DNA of 62,412 nucleotides, the filler included, from Stramenopiles sp. TOSAG23-6 (Eukaryota): NCBI GenBank assembly GCA_900128565.1. It is 18 parts of 18 records of this genome, joined end to end, with 100 filler letters (N's around TTAATTAATTAA, not from the genome) between each part and the next. Parts side by side here need not be neighbours in the genome. Positions count along the whole stretch, not along the records: positions 1 to 3,384 come from LT637524.1; positions 3,485 to 6,866 come from LT637525.1; positions 6,967 to 10,348 come from LT637526.1; positions 10,449 to 13,829 come from LT637527.1; 14 more parts are not named here. One strand, 5' to 3'. Positions 1-10,501 of the stretch are shown here, in pieces; the stretch's first letter is position 1, and every line of letters begins with the position of its first letter. The notes beneath the pieces were generated by a model, which made no database searches, was not told where the DNA came from, and saw only the letters and a program-made list of their open reading frames with translations. The translations under genes and the position numbers were made by a program.

Positions 1-78
1 TTTTTTATTTTTTTTTTCCGTACGAAATTTTGTACCTAACGATTTTTTTTTTTTTTGAATTATTTTTCCAAAATACAT

Positions 79-522
79 GCAACAGTGTTGGCAATGCTAA
101 CAGCTACAATTCCTCAAAAATTTCAATTTGCAACATTTGACACGTATATTGATCATTTTGAAGTGACGAGTGGTTTGTGTATCCTTACAACAATTCATGT
201 TATAGTTATTAATGGAAATCCATGTAAATTAAAATGGATTTTAGAATGGAATGATGTTTTACATATGAAACTTCATAACAAAATAGATAAAGATAATAAA
301 AGATTAATTCGAAATTCACATATTGAAATATCTGTGATACAAAAAAAGAGAAAAATATCTTTAGATACAATTTTTGGTATATCGAACCGAAATACACGAA
401 ATAATATGGAATATTTACTTGAATATGATTCGGACTTGACACCAACGTATGGTACTGAAATTTTGGGACGTCTTGAAACTGCAAAATCACTTGCATTTTT
501 ACATGCAAATGCAAAAGTATAA
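79..522 (+). CDS. 3'-terminal exon of a large protein, possibly a VPS13-like C-terminal PH-type domain
   Basis: Follows an intron 3' end (TACCTAAC...TTTTTCCAAAATACAT|GCA) and is open to TAA at 522. The LCILTT...LKWILEWNDV pattern loosely resembles the VPS13 C-terminus; the family call is weak. Confidence 0.45.
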   Translation, partial: ATVLAMLTATIPQKFQFATFDTYIDHFEVTSGLCILTTIHVIVINGNPCKLKWILEWNDVLHMKLHNKIDKDNKRLIRNSHIEISVIQKKRKISLDTIFGISNRNTRNNMEYLLEYDSDLTPTYGTEILGRLETAKSLAFLHANAKV

Positions 523-599
523 ATAAAAAAGTCTATTTTTTTTTAATATAAAAAATTATTAAACCCTAACTGAATGCTACATACATACATATATCTTAT

Positions 600-1226
600 C
601 TATGGTTCCCTCCCAGGCCTGGCCGTGGAGTCAACAAACATATTTAACTGTTTAAGAACTTCTTTTTGAATAGAATATGGTAAAAACAATATTGCTTTTC
701 TATTTGATCCTACAGCTATCTTTGCAACTTCAATATCTTGTCTAATATTGGGAGATGCAAATTTAAGGTTCAATCCATCTTGTTGAACAGCTATTTTCAC
801 AATATTCTTATTGCTACGCATTTTCGTAGATAAAAATTGTAGTAAGAAACCATATTTATGCAATGCATCAATAATCACTTGATGGCTGGGCTCAATTAAT
901 GCAAATTGTAATGCCAAAGCATTTTGTAACACTGCAGAGTTGACCACACCCACGTCTTGTTTTAAGTTGTCACACGCAAACTTTAATGCTTTTCCATTTT
1001 GATTCACAGCGGCCAAGACAATTTCTCTATCACATTGTAATTCAGGGAGGAGCCACAGTATTATACCCGTTGTACGTACGGCAAGTAAGAGTAGTTCTCG
1101 GTCATTTTGTAATTCTTTGGATGCTTTTAAAATATTATATCCAGATTCTTGAACGGCAATTGTAACGATATCTTTATACTTACCAAGACCATTTAAATTG
1201 AGTGAAAGTTTTGAATTATATGACAT
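600..1226 (-). CDS. DUF4116 repeat protein
   Basis: Repeated D[RK]EIVLAAVxQNGxALxFA units, e.g. CDREIVLAAVNQNGKALKFA. Confidence 0.8.
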   Translation of the reverse strand: MSYNSKLSLNLNGLGKYKDIVTIAVQESGYNILKASKELQNDRELLLLAVRTTGIILWLLPELQCDREIVLAAVNQNGKALKFACDNLKQDVGVVNSAVLQNALALQFALIEPSHQVIIDALHKYGFLLQFLSTKMRSNKNIVKIAVQQDGLNLKFASPNIRQDIEVAKIAVGSNRKAILFLPYSIQKEVLKQLNMFVDSTARPGREP

Positions 1227-1385
1227 ATATTGTTATACAATATTTTTTTTTATACAATTTGAAATTCATTAATTTTTGTGACATTCTAAAAAAAAATGTT
1301 GAAACAAAGTAGCAAACATTATAAAAATCGTACAAAAAAACGTAAACATGTAGATACAAATACATTATTAAAAACATTACAAAAA

Positions 1386-3369
1386 TCATACAAAAAAAAC
1401 GTAATACATTATGAAAACATACCTATCACCAGATGTCTTTCTTTCCATCATAAGTTTGATATAATCTTCTTTTCGCCATTTCAAAGGTTTCTCCTTACAT
1501 GCCTTATACTTTGGTTTAAACTTTCCAAAGGGTTCTGATGTAATACAAGGAGACTTTTGTAATTTTATTTTTCGATGTTTTTGACAAACATCAAGGAATC
1601 TATCAACATAATTATCACATACTACTCCAGTAGATGATTGTGGAACATCTTTACATGACTGAACCCTAACTTTATCACGACAGTCAACTAAAGTTACTTC
1701 CTGGGGTCTTTTCGCCAAAGGTGGTGGAGGTTTTGGACCAAAAAACTCATCTGTAAAAAGTGGATTTTTAAATTCTTCAATTTTCTTTTTTGCAAGATCA
1801 ACAATTATTTTGTCAGTTTGTAAATTCTTTGCTGCATATTGAATTGCAATTCCAGATTGAATGACTGCAGCTTTTACCATTTCCCGGTCAGCTTGTATAG
1901 ATTCATTGGCAACACTCAAAATTAGTCCATTTGATTGAATAGCGCGGAGAAGAATATTTCTTTCTGGTGAAATTAAGGCAAATTCTATGNNNNNNNNNNN
2001 NNNNNNNNNNNNNNNNNNNNNNNNNNATTCTATGGCATATCCATCTTGAAGGATAGCTGCATTTACAATCTCTACATCTTTTTTCAAATTATCTGAAGCA
2101 TATTCTAAAGCTCTCCCACTGCATTCTACAGCATCTAGTACAAGACTTTTTATATTTCTTAAACGAATTGACGCAAATTGCAACGCAAAACCATTTTGCT
2201 GTACTGCAGCACGTACAATATTAATATCATCTTGGAGAGGACGACAAGCATGAGCTAATTGGTTTCCATCATCAGACACAGCTGCATATAAAACGTCTCT
2301 GTCACAACGCAATCGCAACGGATACTTATTCAGTGATAAAGTTGTATCATAAGACACATCATCCGTACTTTTTCGTTTTTTCATGGATTCTAAAAAATCA
2401 ACCTTTTCTTTACTCTCTTCCCAGATACGGTGTCTGGTGATACATCTTTGATGCAAATGATGACCAATACGCCCCTCTGGACTTTTGCATCGACCGGTTA
2501 ATGTGGCAGGCACACAGATGTCCAACTGCTTGTCAATATACGACGAACATCCTGTGAATTTCAATACACTTGGAATAAGAGACCGTATCGTGAAAAAATA
2601 TTTCAAAAAAAAATCGTTAGGTACAAAATTACGTACTAGTACAAGAATTTAGTTTCAAAAACGAATGATGAAAACGTACACAGTCATCAATTAATATTTT
2701 ACTTGTAGGACTGCAATTCACAAGAGTAATGCCCGATTTTTGAATACCATCGTTTACCCATTTCATTCCAGATTTTGTCCCAGCAAGAAGTCTAGACCCC
2801 CAAAGTTGGCTCAAATAACTCATTCCGGTGAATGGTCCAAATACAACACGTGTCCGCATTTCAGTATTTGGGTGTATCATTCTAGGAGTAGCGCGACGTA
2901 AATTTGCAATCCTGGAGTTGTAATAATCTGGAGTAAATACAATACTGTCACGTTCAGAACTATATATGCTTTCTGGTTCAGGTTCCATTGGAGTGACTAC
3001 GCTTGGAATGAACAACTCTGGTTCAGGTTCCATTCTTGACAGGTACGTATTATGAGGAATGTTACGCAAGTGCATTTCATCTGTTTCTTTCAAATCGCTA
3101 GTATCTCTATGACTCACATCAGGGTGTCGTGTTTGATCATAAAGGGCAAGAGTTCTTACATTTTCTAGAGGAGTGTTGCTCTTAGAAAAGGACAATGCAT
3201 CCAATTCACCTTCAGGTTCCAGTGCAACTTGAGGATCAATAAGGGACTGTTGTACATGACTTTCGGGTGAATATTTTGGATGGACCACCTTTGTACATTC
3301 ACATAAAAATGAACTTTCTAGGAAAACAATTACACAAAGTGTAAGAAACATTCTTAATGATGATTTCAT
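1386..3369 (-). CDS. Signal-peptide-bearing DUF4116 repeat protein (2 exons: 3369-2680, 2582-1386)
   Basis: Hydrophobic N-terminus (MKSSLRMFLTLCVIVFLES). The two listed ORFs join in phase 0 across intron 2679-2583 (GTACGT...GATACGG). DUF4116 repeats (DINIVRAAVQQNGFALQFAS) lie in exon 2, which contains an internal N gap. Confidence 0.7.
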
Positions 3370-3384
3370 TTTGGTTACAAATCT

Positions 3385-3484
3385 NNNNNNNNNNNNNNNN
3401 NNNNNNNNNNNNNNNNNNNNNNNNNNNNTTAATTAATTAANNNNNNNNNNNNNNNNNNNNNNNNNNNNNNNNNNNNNNNNNNNN
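3385..3484. other. Artificial contig spacer N44-TTAATTAATTAA-N44 (first of 17)
   Basis: Identical 100-nt spacers, with stops in all six frames, start at 3385, 6867, 10349, 13830, 17311, 20787, 24262, 27735, 31208, 34680, 38152, 41624, 45096, 48562, 52028, 55493 and 58953. Contig lengths never increase (3384 down to 3360 nt). Confidence 0.98.
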
Positions 3485-5755
3485 CAGAAACAAATACGTC
3501 ATAGAGAAAGAGCCGTAGTTCAAATGGAAAAAGAATTTACTCGGGATGAACGAGAAGCTAGGATGAAAAAAATGTTTGAAATCGCCGACACAGACAATAG
3601 TGGAACTCTTGATAAAGATGAACTTCGAATTTGTCTTCAAAATGCAGGTTTTGGTTTTTCAAAAGCTGAAATAGAGTTTATGGTAGTAGAATCCGATGCA
3701 GATGGCGATGGGGGTGTTGACTTCAACGAGTTTATACCACTTTGTTATGAAATGATGATAGAAAATCTCGCAAAGTCTCTTCCAGATGAAGAAGCTGTGA
3801 AGGCAGAACAAGATGCGTTTAAAAAACAACAACAAGCTGAATGGAAAGCAAATCCAGGAATGCCACTACTACATGGTACACTAGTAGGTCATTGGGAAGT
3901 TATGAGTGATGATAACGGAAATTTATATTATTACCATAGACGATCTCAACAAAGTGTTTGGGATGCTCCAGCTGAAATTTTACAACACGCAGCAAAATTA
4001 GCAAAACGAAATAAAAAAGTTGAAAGACGAACTATATTCGGGGAAGCTGGAAAACTGCGAAAGAAGAAACTAGCCATCGCTGCAGCAAAAGCTGCAGGTA
4101 GAGCCATTGAAGAAAACTTGGGAGAAAAAATAGCACCATCGGTTGCAGCTCAATTAGCATCATTTTCCGCAAAGAAATGGGCATTACGGGCTGCGGTGAA
4201 ATCATCACAGGCGCAATTAGTACTGAATGAACTACACAAAAAACGGCGACAAAAAGAGAAAGAAATGAAAGCACAACAAGAAAAAAAAGAAATAAGCGAT
4301 AGACTTGCCGCAGAAACTCCGAGAGAAGTGCGTGAAGCGCGAGAAATTGAGCGATTAAAAAAAGAAGAACATGATAAGTTTTACCGAAATCGGAAAATGG
4401 TTGAATTAGAAAAGGAGTTATTAGATATATTGAAACACACTAGTTATCCTGCGTCAGAATCAGCTCCTGCAATGGCTCTAGGATGTGGTAAAGGTGCACA
4501 AGAGCCAAAAATACTGGTAGAACTCATGAAACAACTAGTACGTCGTGCTGAAAATAAAGCATATTTTAATAGGACTAATACAGTCTTAGAGTTTGACGCG
4601 GTGAAGAATTGTTTTCAACAAGCGCTTTGGACCTCATGTGAGCGTGGATGGGAGGATACTGTTGCAATATGTGTCAAAGTGGCAAGTGATCCGAGGGAGT
4701 TAGTAAGCCTTGGGAAAAAAAATAATACAGGTGAAACACCACTAGCATTGTCATGTCGACATTTTCGTTTCGGTAATGTAAATACTCTAATGTCTGGAAG
4801 TATAACTCTCTCAAAGCCATGTTTTTCTCGAGGTCGATCTGCGTTACATTGGGCATGTGATGCAGAAGCCAGTAGACTACCATTAAATAAAATGACCCAA
4901 CATGAATCAAAGGAGCAATACAAAAAACGTAAGTTACAAAGGGAAAATGGTGTTCTTGCTTTGGTTAATATCTTAATAGATAATGGTGCAATGCTTGAAC
5001 CACTAGATGACGGTTGTCGGACACCTCTCCATTTAGCAGCGCAGAGAGAAGATTCACGCATTACAAGAGCTCTACTCAATGCTAAAAGTACTCGGAAAGG
5101 CGGAGATAAAAAATATCGCTCAGATGCACAAGCACTTAGAGGAGAAACACCCTTGCACGAGGCTGCAAAGTATGGTCGTGTGGAAAATATTAAATTACTA
5201 CTTGATGCAGGTGCAATTGTAAATTCGCCAACCTTTGGTCGAGAAGATACAGCTGCACATTGGGCTGCTGGTGCAGGACAAACCGAAGCACTCAGAGTTC
5301 TTTTGGATGCAAAAACTCCCGTACATATTCATGATCGATGCGGTAGAGCGCCAATTCATATTGCTGCTGCGAAAGGGCATACGTCGACAATAACTTTGCT
5401 ACTTGAACGTGGAGCTTCTTTAAATGCTCCTGACGGTGGTGGACTGAGTCCTCTACATTATGCTGTAAAAGCTGGACACTTGGATGCAACTATATTAATC
5501 ATAGAAAGTGGTGGCGACCAACATGTCAAGACTCGATCAGGTATGAATTTATTACATCTTGCATCAATGAGAGGGTACTTATTATTAGCACAGAAATTGT
5601 TAGAAAAAGGAGTGGATGCTGAGGAACCAGACAATCGTGGAAGAACACCTGTACAACTTGCAGAAAATCACGGTAAAACGAAAGTGTGTGGGTTCTTTCA
5701 TACTCCACTTGCAAAGAATCTCGCGGCAAGGAACCAACTCGAGAGAATAAATTAA
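3485..5755 (+). CDS. EF-hand + WW + ankyrin-repeat protein (5'-partial)
   Basis: EF-hand loops DTDNSGTLDKDEL and DADGDGGVDFNEF; WW domain (HWEVMSDDNGNLYYYHRRSQQSVWDAP); multiple ankyrin repeats (GETPLHEAA, GRAPIHIAA, GLSPLHYAV). Confidence 0.9.
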   Translation, partial: QKQIRHRERAVVQMEKEFTRDEREARMKKMFEIADTDNSGTLDKDELRICLQNAGFGFSKAEIEFMVVESDADGDGGVDFNEFIPLCYEMMIENLAKSLPDEEAVKAEQDAFKKQQQAEWKANPGMPLLHGTLVGHWEVMSDDNGNLYYYHRRSQQSVWDAPAEILQHAAKLAKRNKKVERRTIFGEAGKLRKKKLAIAAAKAAGRAIEENLGEKIAPSVAAQLASFSAKKWALRAAVKSSQAQLVLNELHKKRRQKEKEMKAQQEKKEISDRLAAETPREVREAREIERLKKEEHDKFYRNRKMVELEKELLDILKHTSYPASESAPAMALGCGKGAQEPKILVELMKQLVRRAENKAYFNRTNTVLEFDAVKNCFQQALWTSCERGWEDTVAICVKVASDPRELVSLGKKNNTGETPLALSCRHFRFGNVNTLMSGSITLSKPCFSRGRSALHWACDAEASRLPLNKMTQHESKEQYKKRKLQRENGVLALVNILIDNGAMLEPLDDGCRTPLHLAAQREDSRITRALLNAKSTRKGGDKKYRSDAQALRGETPLHEAAKYGRVENIKLLLDAGAIVNSPTFGREDTAAHWAAGAGQTEALRVLLDAKTPVHIHDRCGRAPIHIAAAKGHTSTITLLLERGASLNAPDGGGLSPLHYAVKAGHLDATILIIESGGDQHVKTRSGMNLLHLASMRGYLLLAQKLLEKGVDAEEPDNRGRTPVQLAENHGKTKVCGFFHTPLAKNLAARNQLERIN

Positions 5756-5826
5756 ACTACGAAACAACTAAATAAATAAAATAATTCCAGAATATGATTT
5801 AATTTCACAAATAATATTTGTATAAG

Positions 5827-6817
5827 CTAAGTTTCATAGTCACCAATAACGCCAGTCATATTAGCTCGTCGAAGGTTTGCATTGGTAAGGCACGCACCTT
5901 CTAATCTAGCACCTTCTAAATTAGCTCCCCATAAATTACATCCTTTCATGTTTGTACTACTAAGATCGGTACCCGACAGATTACTACCTTCAAGATTTGC
6001 ACCCTTCAGATTGCAACCAGAGAGATCAAAACCACTTAAATTAGCGCCATAAAATATACATCCTTGTAAATTTGCCTTGGTGAATGTGACCCCTTTCAGA
6101 ATCGATCCTTGTAAATTAGCTCTTCTTAGGTTGACACTATTAAAACAAGCATTTGTAAAGTCACAGTTACAGAGCTGAGTTTTTCGAAGGATGGCACCAG
6201 TTAAATCTGCCCCTACTAGATTACTACCATTCAAGGAAGCATTACTCATATCAGCTCTTTGAAGCCTTGCACTAGTTAATATTGAATTCTCTAAATCACA
6301 ATTACGTAAGTCACATTCACTCATGTCAGCTTTAGTCAGCATAGCACCACGAAGTGTAAGCCAACTTAAATCAAGCCCAGTGAGTATTGTATTTGGAAGC
6401 TGCAGTGCTTTATACTCGATCCGTTTTGGAGTCTCTCCTTCATTCGTTAATTTTCCATTGGTATTTTTCCGACTGATATTCTTTGCTAGATATTCATTCT
6501 TAGGTATCAAATCACAATTTATCATCTTTAATAAATCTGATCGATTCAAGATATTCCTATCTTTATTTAATTCTCTAAGTTTTAAATGACATAGATTCAC
6601 TAAACCTCTAACTTGAAAAAATTCTGCTTCTTGGCATATTTGATGAATTGTTATACTGTCATCGGGAAGATATAAAGAACCATCCCTCAAATAATTTAAA
6701 ATATATCGAAAGTGAGTGGGATCTCTATCTAAAAATAAAGCATCAGCGTCATCGTGAGTTGTACTCATAACTTTCGACCTACCACTACACTGAGTGTCTG
6801 GCCTAGTTCTATGTATC
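5827..6817 (-). CDS. BTB/POZ (T1) + pentapeptide-repeat protein, KCTD9-like (5'-partial)
   Basis: BTB_2 motif FLDRDPTHFRYILNYLRDG...EAEFFQV followed by long A[DN]Lxx pentapeptide repeats. Preceded by an intron 3' end (...CATCATACAT|). Confidence 0.88.
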
Positions 6818-7040
6818 ATGTATGATGAAAAAATATTTCAAAAAAAAAAACCTAAATTTGTTAGGTNNNNNNNNNNNNNNNNNNNNNNNNNNNNNNNNNN
6901 NNNNNNNNNNTTAATTAATTAANNNNNNNNNNNNNNNNNNNNNNNNNNNNNNNNNNNNNNNNNNNNTTAATTTTTTTTTTCGTACGAAATTTTGTACCTA
7001 AAAATTTTTTTTTTTTTTGAATTATTTTTCCAAAATAAAT

Positions 7041-8720
7041 ATACCTTGTCTTGGTCAATTAGTTGTTAAAGCTTGTCAACGATACAACCGTAGAAATGGT
7101 AGCTTTCCAGCAACAATTGTCCTTTATCGTCCATCGAATGGTGCAGGACAACAAGAGAGAACGTTGCTCGACGACTTGAAAGTTATTAACATGGCATTTA
7201 AGGATATGGGTGTTTGTTTTATTTCAAATTTTTTCAAATTTTTTTTCAAATTTTTTTTCAAATTTTTTTTCAAATTTTTTNNNNNNNNNNNNNNNNNNNN
7301 NNNNNNNNNNNNNNNNNNNNNNNNNNNNNNNNNNNNNNNNNNNNNNNNAAATTTTTTCAAATTTTTTTTCAAATTTTTTTTCAAATTTTTTTTCAAATTT
7401 TTTTCAAATTTTTTTTTTCGTACATTTTTTCGTAGCTAACTTTTATATATATTTATACATAAATATAATCTACTGTACATGTCCCTGAAGTTCAATTCGA
7501 TGAACATGGTGGAATTAATGCACAATTGAGTACGTGTTAATAATTTAAATGTATTCAAATTTTTTAATAATTTTTTTATTAATTTTTTTTCCATATTTTG
7601 AACTCAAAAAAAAAAAAAAAAATTCAAATATTTTCTTATAAATACATGCAGCGCTCCTCGTCTTGCTCTTATTGAATATTGTACTAATCCAAAGGAACGT
7701 TTTGGAGAACAACGATTGAAGTCGGATGATAAGGTGTATAATGTCCCTGCTGGAACAGTCATTTGTGATCCTGAATTTCAACGTAAAGGTCATGGTTCAT
7801 CTTTTTTTACAGTTTCACATGTACGTTTTTTTTTTTGAGTTCAAAATATGGAAAAAAAATNNNNNNNNNNNNNNNNNNNNNNNNNNNNNNNNNNNNNNNN
7901 NNNNNNNNNNNNNNNNNNNNNNNNNNNNNNNNNNNNNNNNNNNNNNNNNNNNNTTTTTTCATACGAAATTTCGTACCTAACCAAATACATTTTTTTTTTA
8001 AATATTTTTATACAACAAAGGATTCAACATTTGCAGCAAAACCTGTCGCTTTTGATTTAGTGACAGAAAATGTAAAACACGATGACGTCACTTTTTCATT
8101 ATTTTCAAAATTGAAAGATACGCCAAAAGTGGATGAGGATGGTGAACCTGTCGGAATGCATTTCTTTCCATTTGGATCTGGATCATCAAATGATGAATGT
8201 ATGTTTTTTTTTTTTTTTTTTGACGAATAAATTGTCTTATCTTTACTTCAATTGGTCTGGCGCCGTTCGCGTCCCAGCACCATGTACGATAACCCTAACC
8301 CTAATATATACCCCTACAACCCTAACCCTAACGCTATTCCTACTACTATATATATATATATATATATATTTTTTTTATAGTAAATTTTGTACCTAAACTA
8401 AAAAGATTTTTTTTTTTGAAATATTTTTTAAATTTTATGTAAATTGGCACAAAAAGCAGCAGAAGCAATTACAGCTGTGTATGGAAGTACAAACACCGAC
8501 GAAATTCGAATTGCAGAAGCCATTGATCGCGCTGAACATGTTTGTTCCCAATATGAATTTCTGATTTTTTTTTTTTAACTTTTTTAAATTTTTTCTTAAT
8601 TTTTTAATTTTTTTTTTCGAAATATTTTTACAATTAAATTTTTTTATACTAAACGAAAAAAATCGAAAAAAAAAAATGAAATATTTTCACAAAAGATAGA
8701 CACATATGTTTTACTTGTAA
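7041..8720 (+). CDS. Argonaute, Piwi-clade, C-terminal PIWI domain (5'-partial, multi-exon)
   Basis: Exons 7041-7211, 7481-7529, 7648-7820, 8021-8198, about 8220-8283, 8439-8539 and 8700-8720 give PxTIVLYR, NVPAGTVI, FFTVSH, LTNKLSYLYFNWSGAVRVPAPCKLA and terminal MFYL-stop, all PIWI hallmarks. One junction (8199-8220) looks collapsed in the assembly. Confidence 0.85.
7224..7410 (+). repeat. Tandem ~12-nt repeat (CAAATTTTTTTT) inside a Piwi intron
   Basis: Repeated caaattttttt(t) units on both sides of an N gap. Confidence 0.8.
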
Positions 8721-9161
8721 ATAAGCAATAAAAATACTATTGAAACAATGTAAAACCCCCTAAAAATCAATCAATGTACTACTGATTGTTTGCTCATAAA
8801 AAAAAATTGTTTTCAGTTTTTGTTTAATCGATAATAAAAAAAAAAAAAACACGAAACACAAAAAAAGGAATTTCAAAATTTTATTTTTGCGCTTTTTTTG
8901 AAATTTTGTTTTGTTTTCTTGTGTCTAAAAAATGTGTTTTGTGATTTCGTGTATACAAAATAAACAATAATAACAATAATAACAATGATAACAATAATAA
9001 CAAATATTTTTTTTTATTTTTGTTGCAATACATTTGAAAATATATTGTCACATTTCACGCACTACAAAAGATTTCGTGTCCAAGTTTGTTAGTACTATTT
9101 TGTACTTTTTATTTGGAAAAATTGTTTTCCGTGTTTTTGTACACAAGAAACCCTAACCCTA

Positions 9162-9571
9162 TCAACAACAGCCACAGCAACGCTTCGCAATTTTTGTTTC
9201 AGTAGAGCTGTCATGCCAAGTATTGTGAAAAAATATTTCAAAAAAAAAAAACTTAAAATCGTTAGGTACAAAATTATCTACGAAAAAAAAAAAAAAAAAA
9301 TCATTCAAAAAAAAACGTACAGAAAATTCCACAACAACCCATTTGTTCTGATACACTCAGCTGAATACTATTAATATTGATACTTCGGTCACAAACATGA
9401 ATTGTTGTAAAATACGTGAGAAAGTCGCTATAACGCATCCAAAAGCGACCATCATTGGAACCACCACGTTTATATCCTAACTGTCTCCTTATCTTAGGAT
9501 GCTTCTGTTTTAGTGAGGAAACAAAAATTCAAAAAAAAATCGTTAGGTACAAAATTAACTATGAAAAATTT

Positions 9572-9602
<31 letters not shown>

Positions 9603-9818
9603 GTTTAGGTACAAAATTAACTATGAAAAAAAAAACTGAAATTTCAAACATACCTCCCAGCGTTCAACATCCTTATCACTCCAATCTCCTTTCCATTCAA
9701 AAGATCCCCAAGGATTTCTTAGTTGTACCAGTTTTGTTAATCCATCAAGATCATATAAATCATATTCTGTACAAAAATATATATTTTTTTTTTTCGTGTA
9801 AAAAATATTTTTTGTTAG

Positions 9819-9859
<41 letters not shown>

Positions 9860-10253
9860 CTTTGTCCGAAGGCTATCTTTGAAAATAAAATAAAAAACTT
9901 TGAAAAGAGTACAACATACACGACATTGAAGTAAAGAATAGGCATGCCCAGCAACAAGACCAACTTTTTCATCACGTTCCTCTTTCCCTGATGATATTCC
10001 ACATGTACTGTAAAAATGTATTTAAAAAAAAAAAAAAAAAAATTTAAAAAAAAAAAAAATTTTCAAAAAAAAAAAAAAATGTAAAATACATGAAAAAAAC
10101 GTACATCCAATGACAGCGCGTTTATTTAGATAATTCTGTAATGTTTGAAATAACAAATCATCAGGCACTTTATCTTTGCATGTCCGAAACAAAATTTTAA
10201 ATTTCGATTTATGTGGAAGAGTTTCTGTTGAATTTGTTTGACCGCCTGTAAAC
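9162..10253 (-). CDS. Calpain-family cysteine protease, catalytic domain C-terminal half (5'-partial, multi-exon)
   Basis: Spliced exons give FTGG, VIGCGI, GLVAGHAYSLL (catalytic His), LRNPWG (catalytic Asn), WKGDWSD and DGRFWM, ending CCGCC-stop. Introns at 10104-10003, 9919-about 9768, 9653-9505 and 9320-9218. Confidence 0.9.
10003..10104 (-). other. Non-canonical intron GT-AT (calpain)
   Basis: GGA T|GTACGT...ACAGTACAT|GT GGA restores VIGCGI; the AG 5 nt upstream is out of frame. Confidence 0.82.
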
Positions 10254-10501
10254 ATGTATTTTGGAAAAATATTTCAAAAAAAATATATATATCGTTAGGT
10301 ACAAAATTTCGTACGAAAAAAAAATCATACAAAAAAAAAATAAAACATNNNNNNNNNNNNNNNNNNNNNNNNNNNNNNNNNNNNNNNNNNNNTTAATTAA
10401 TTAANNNNNNNNNNNNNNNNNNNNNNNNNNNNNNNNNNNNNNNNNNNNTACGAAATTTTGTACCTAATGATTTTTTTTTCAAATATTTTTCCAAAATACA
10501 T

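Noticed and set aside
3429-3440. Regularly spaced TTAATTAATTAA as a biological repeat or CRISPR-like array
   Set aside because: It is always embedded in N44 flanks and is a six-frame-stop linker used to concatenate contigs. Gene adjacency across it is meaningless.
8199-8220. A 22-nt mini-intron in the Piwi gene
   Set aside because: It is a donor followed only by a poly-T run, with no branch module, and a few PIWI residues seem to be missing. Most likely a homopolymer collapse in the assembly.
7017-10332. Many short F/K-rich ORFs containing RNFVPN, YEILYLT or LGTKF
   Set aside because: These peptides are translations of the conserved intron motif and poly-A/T tracts in different frames, not proteins.
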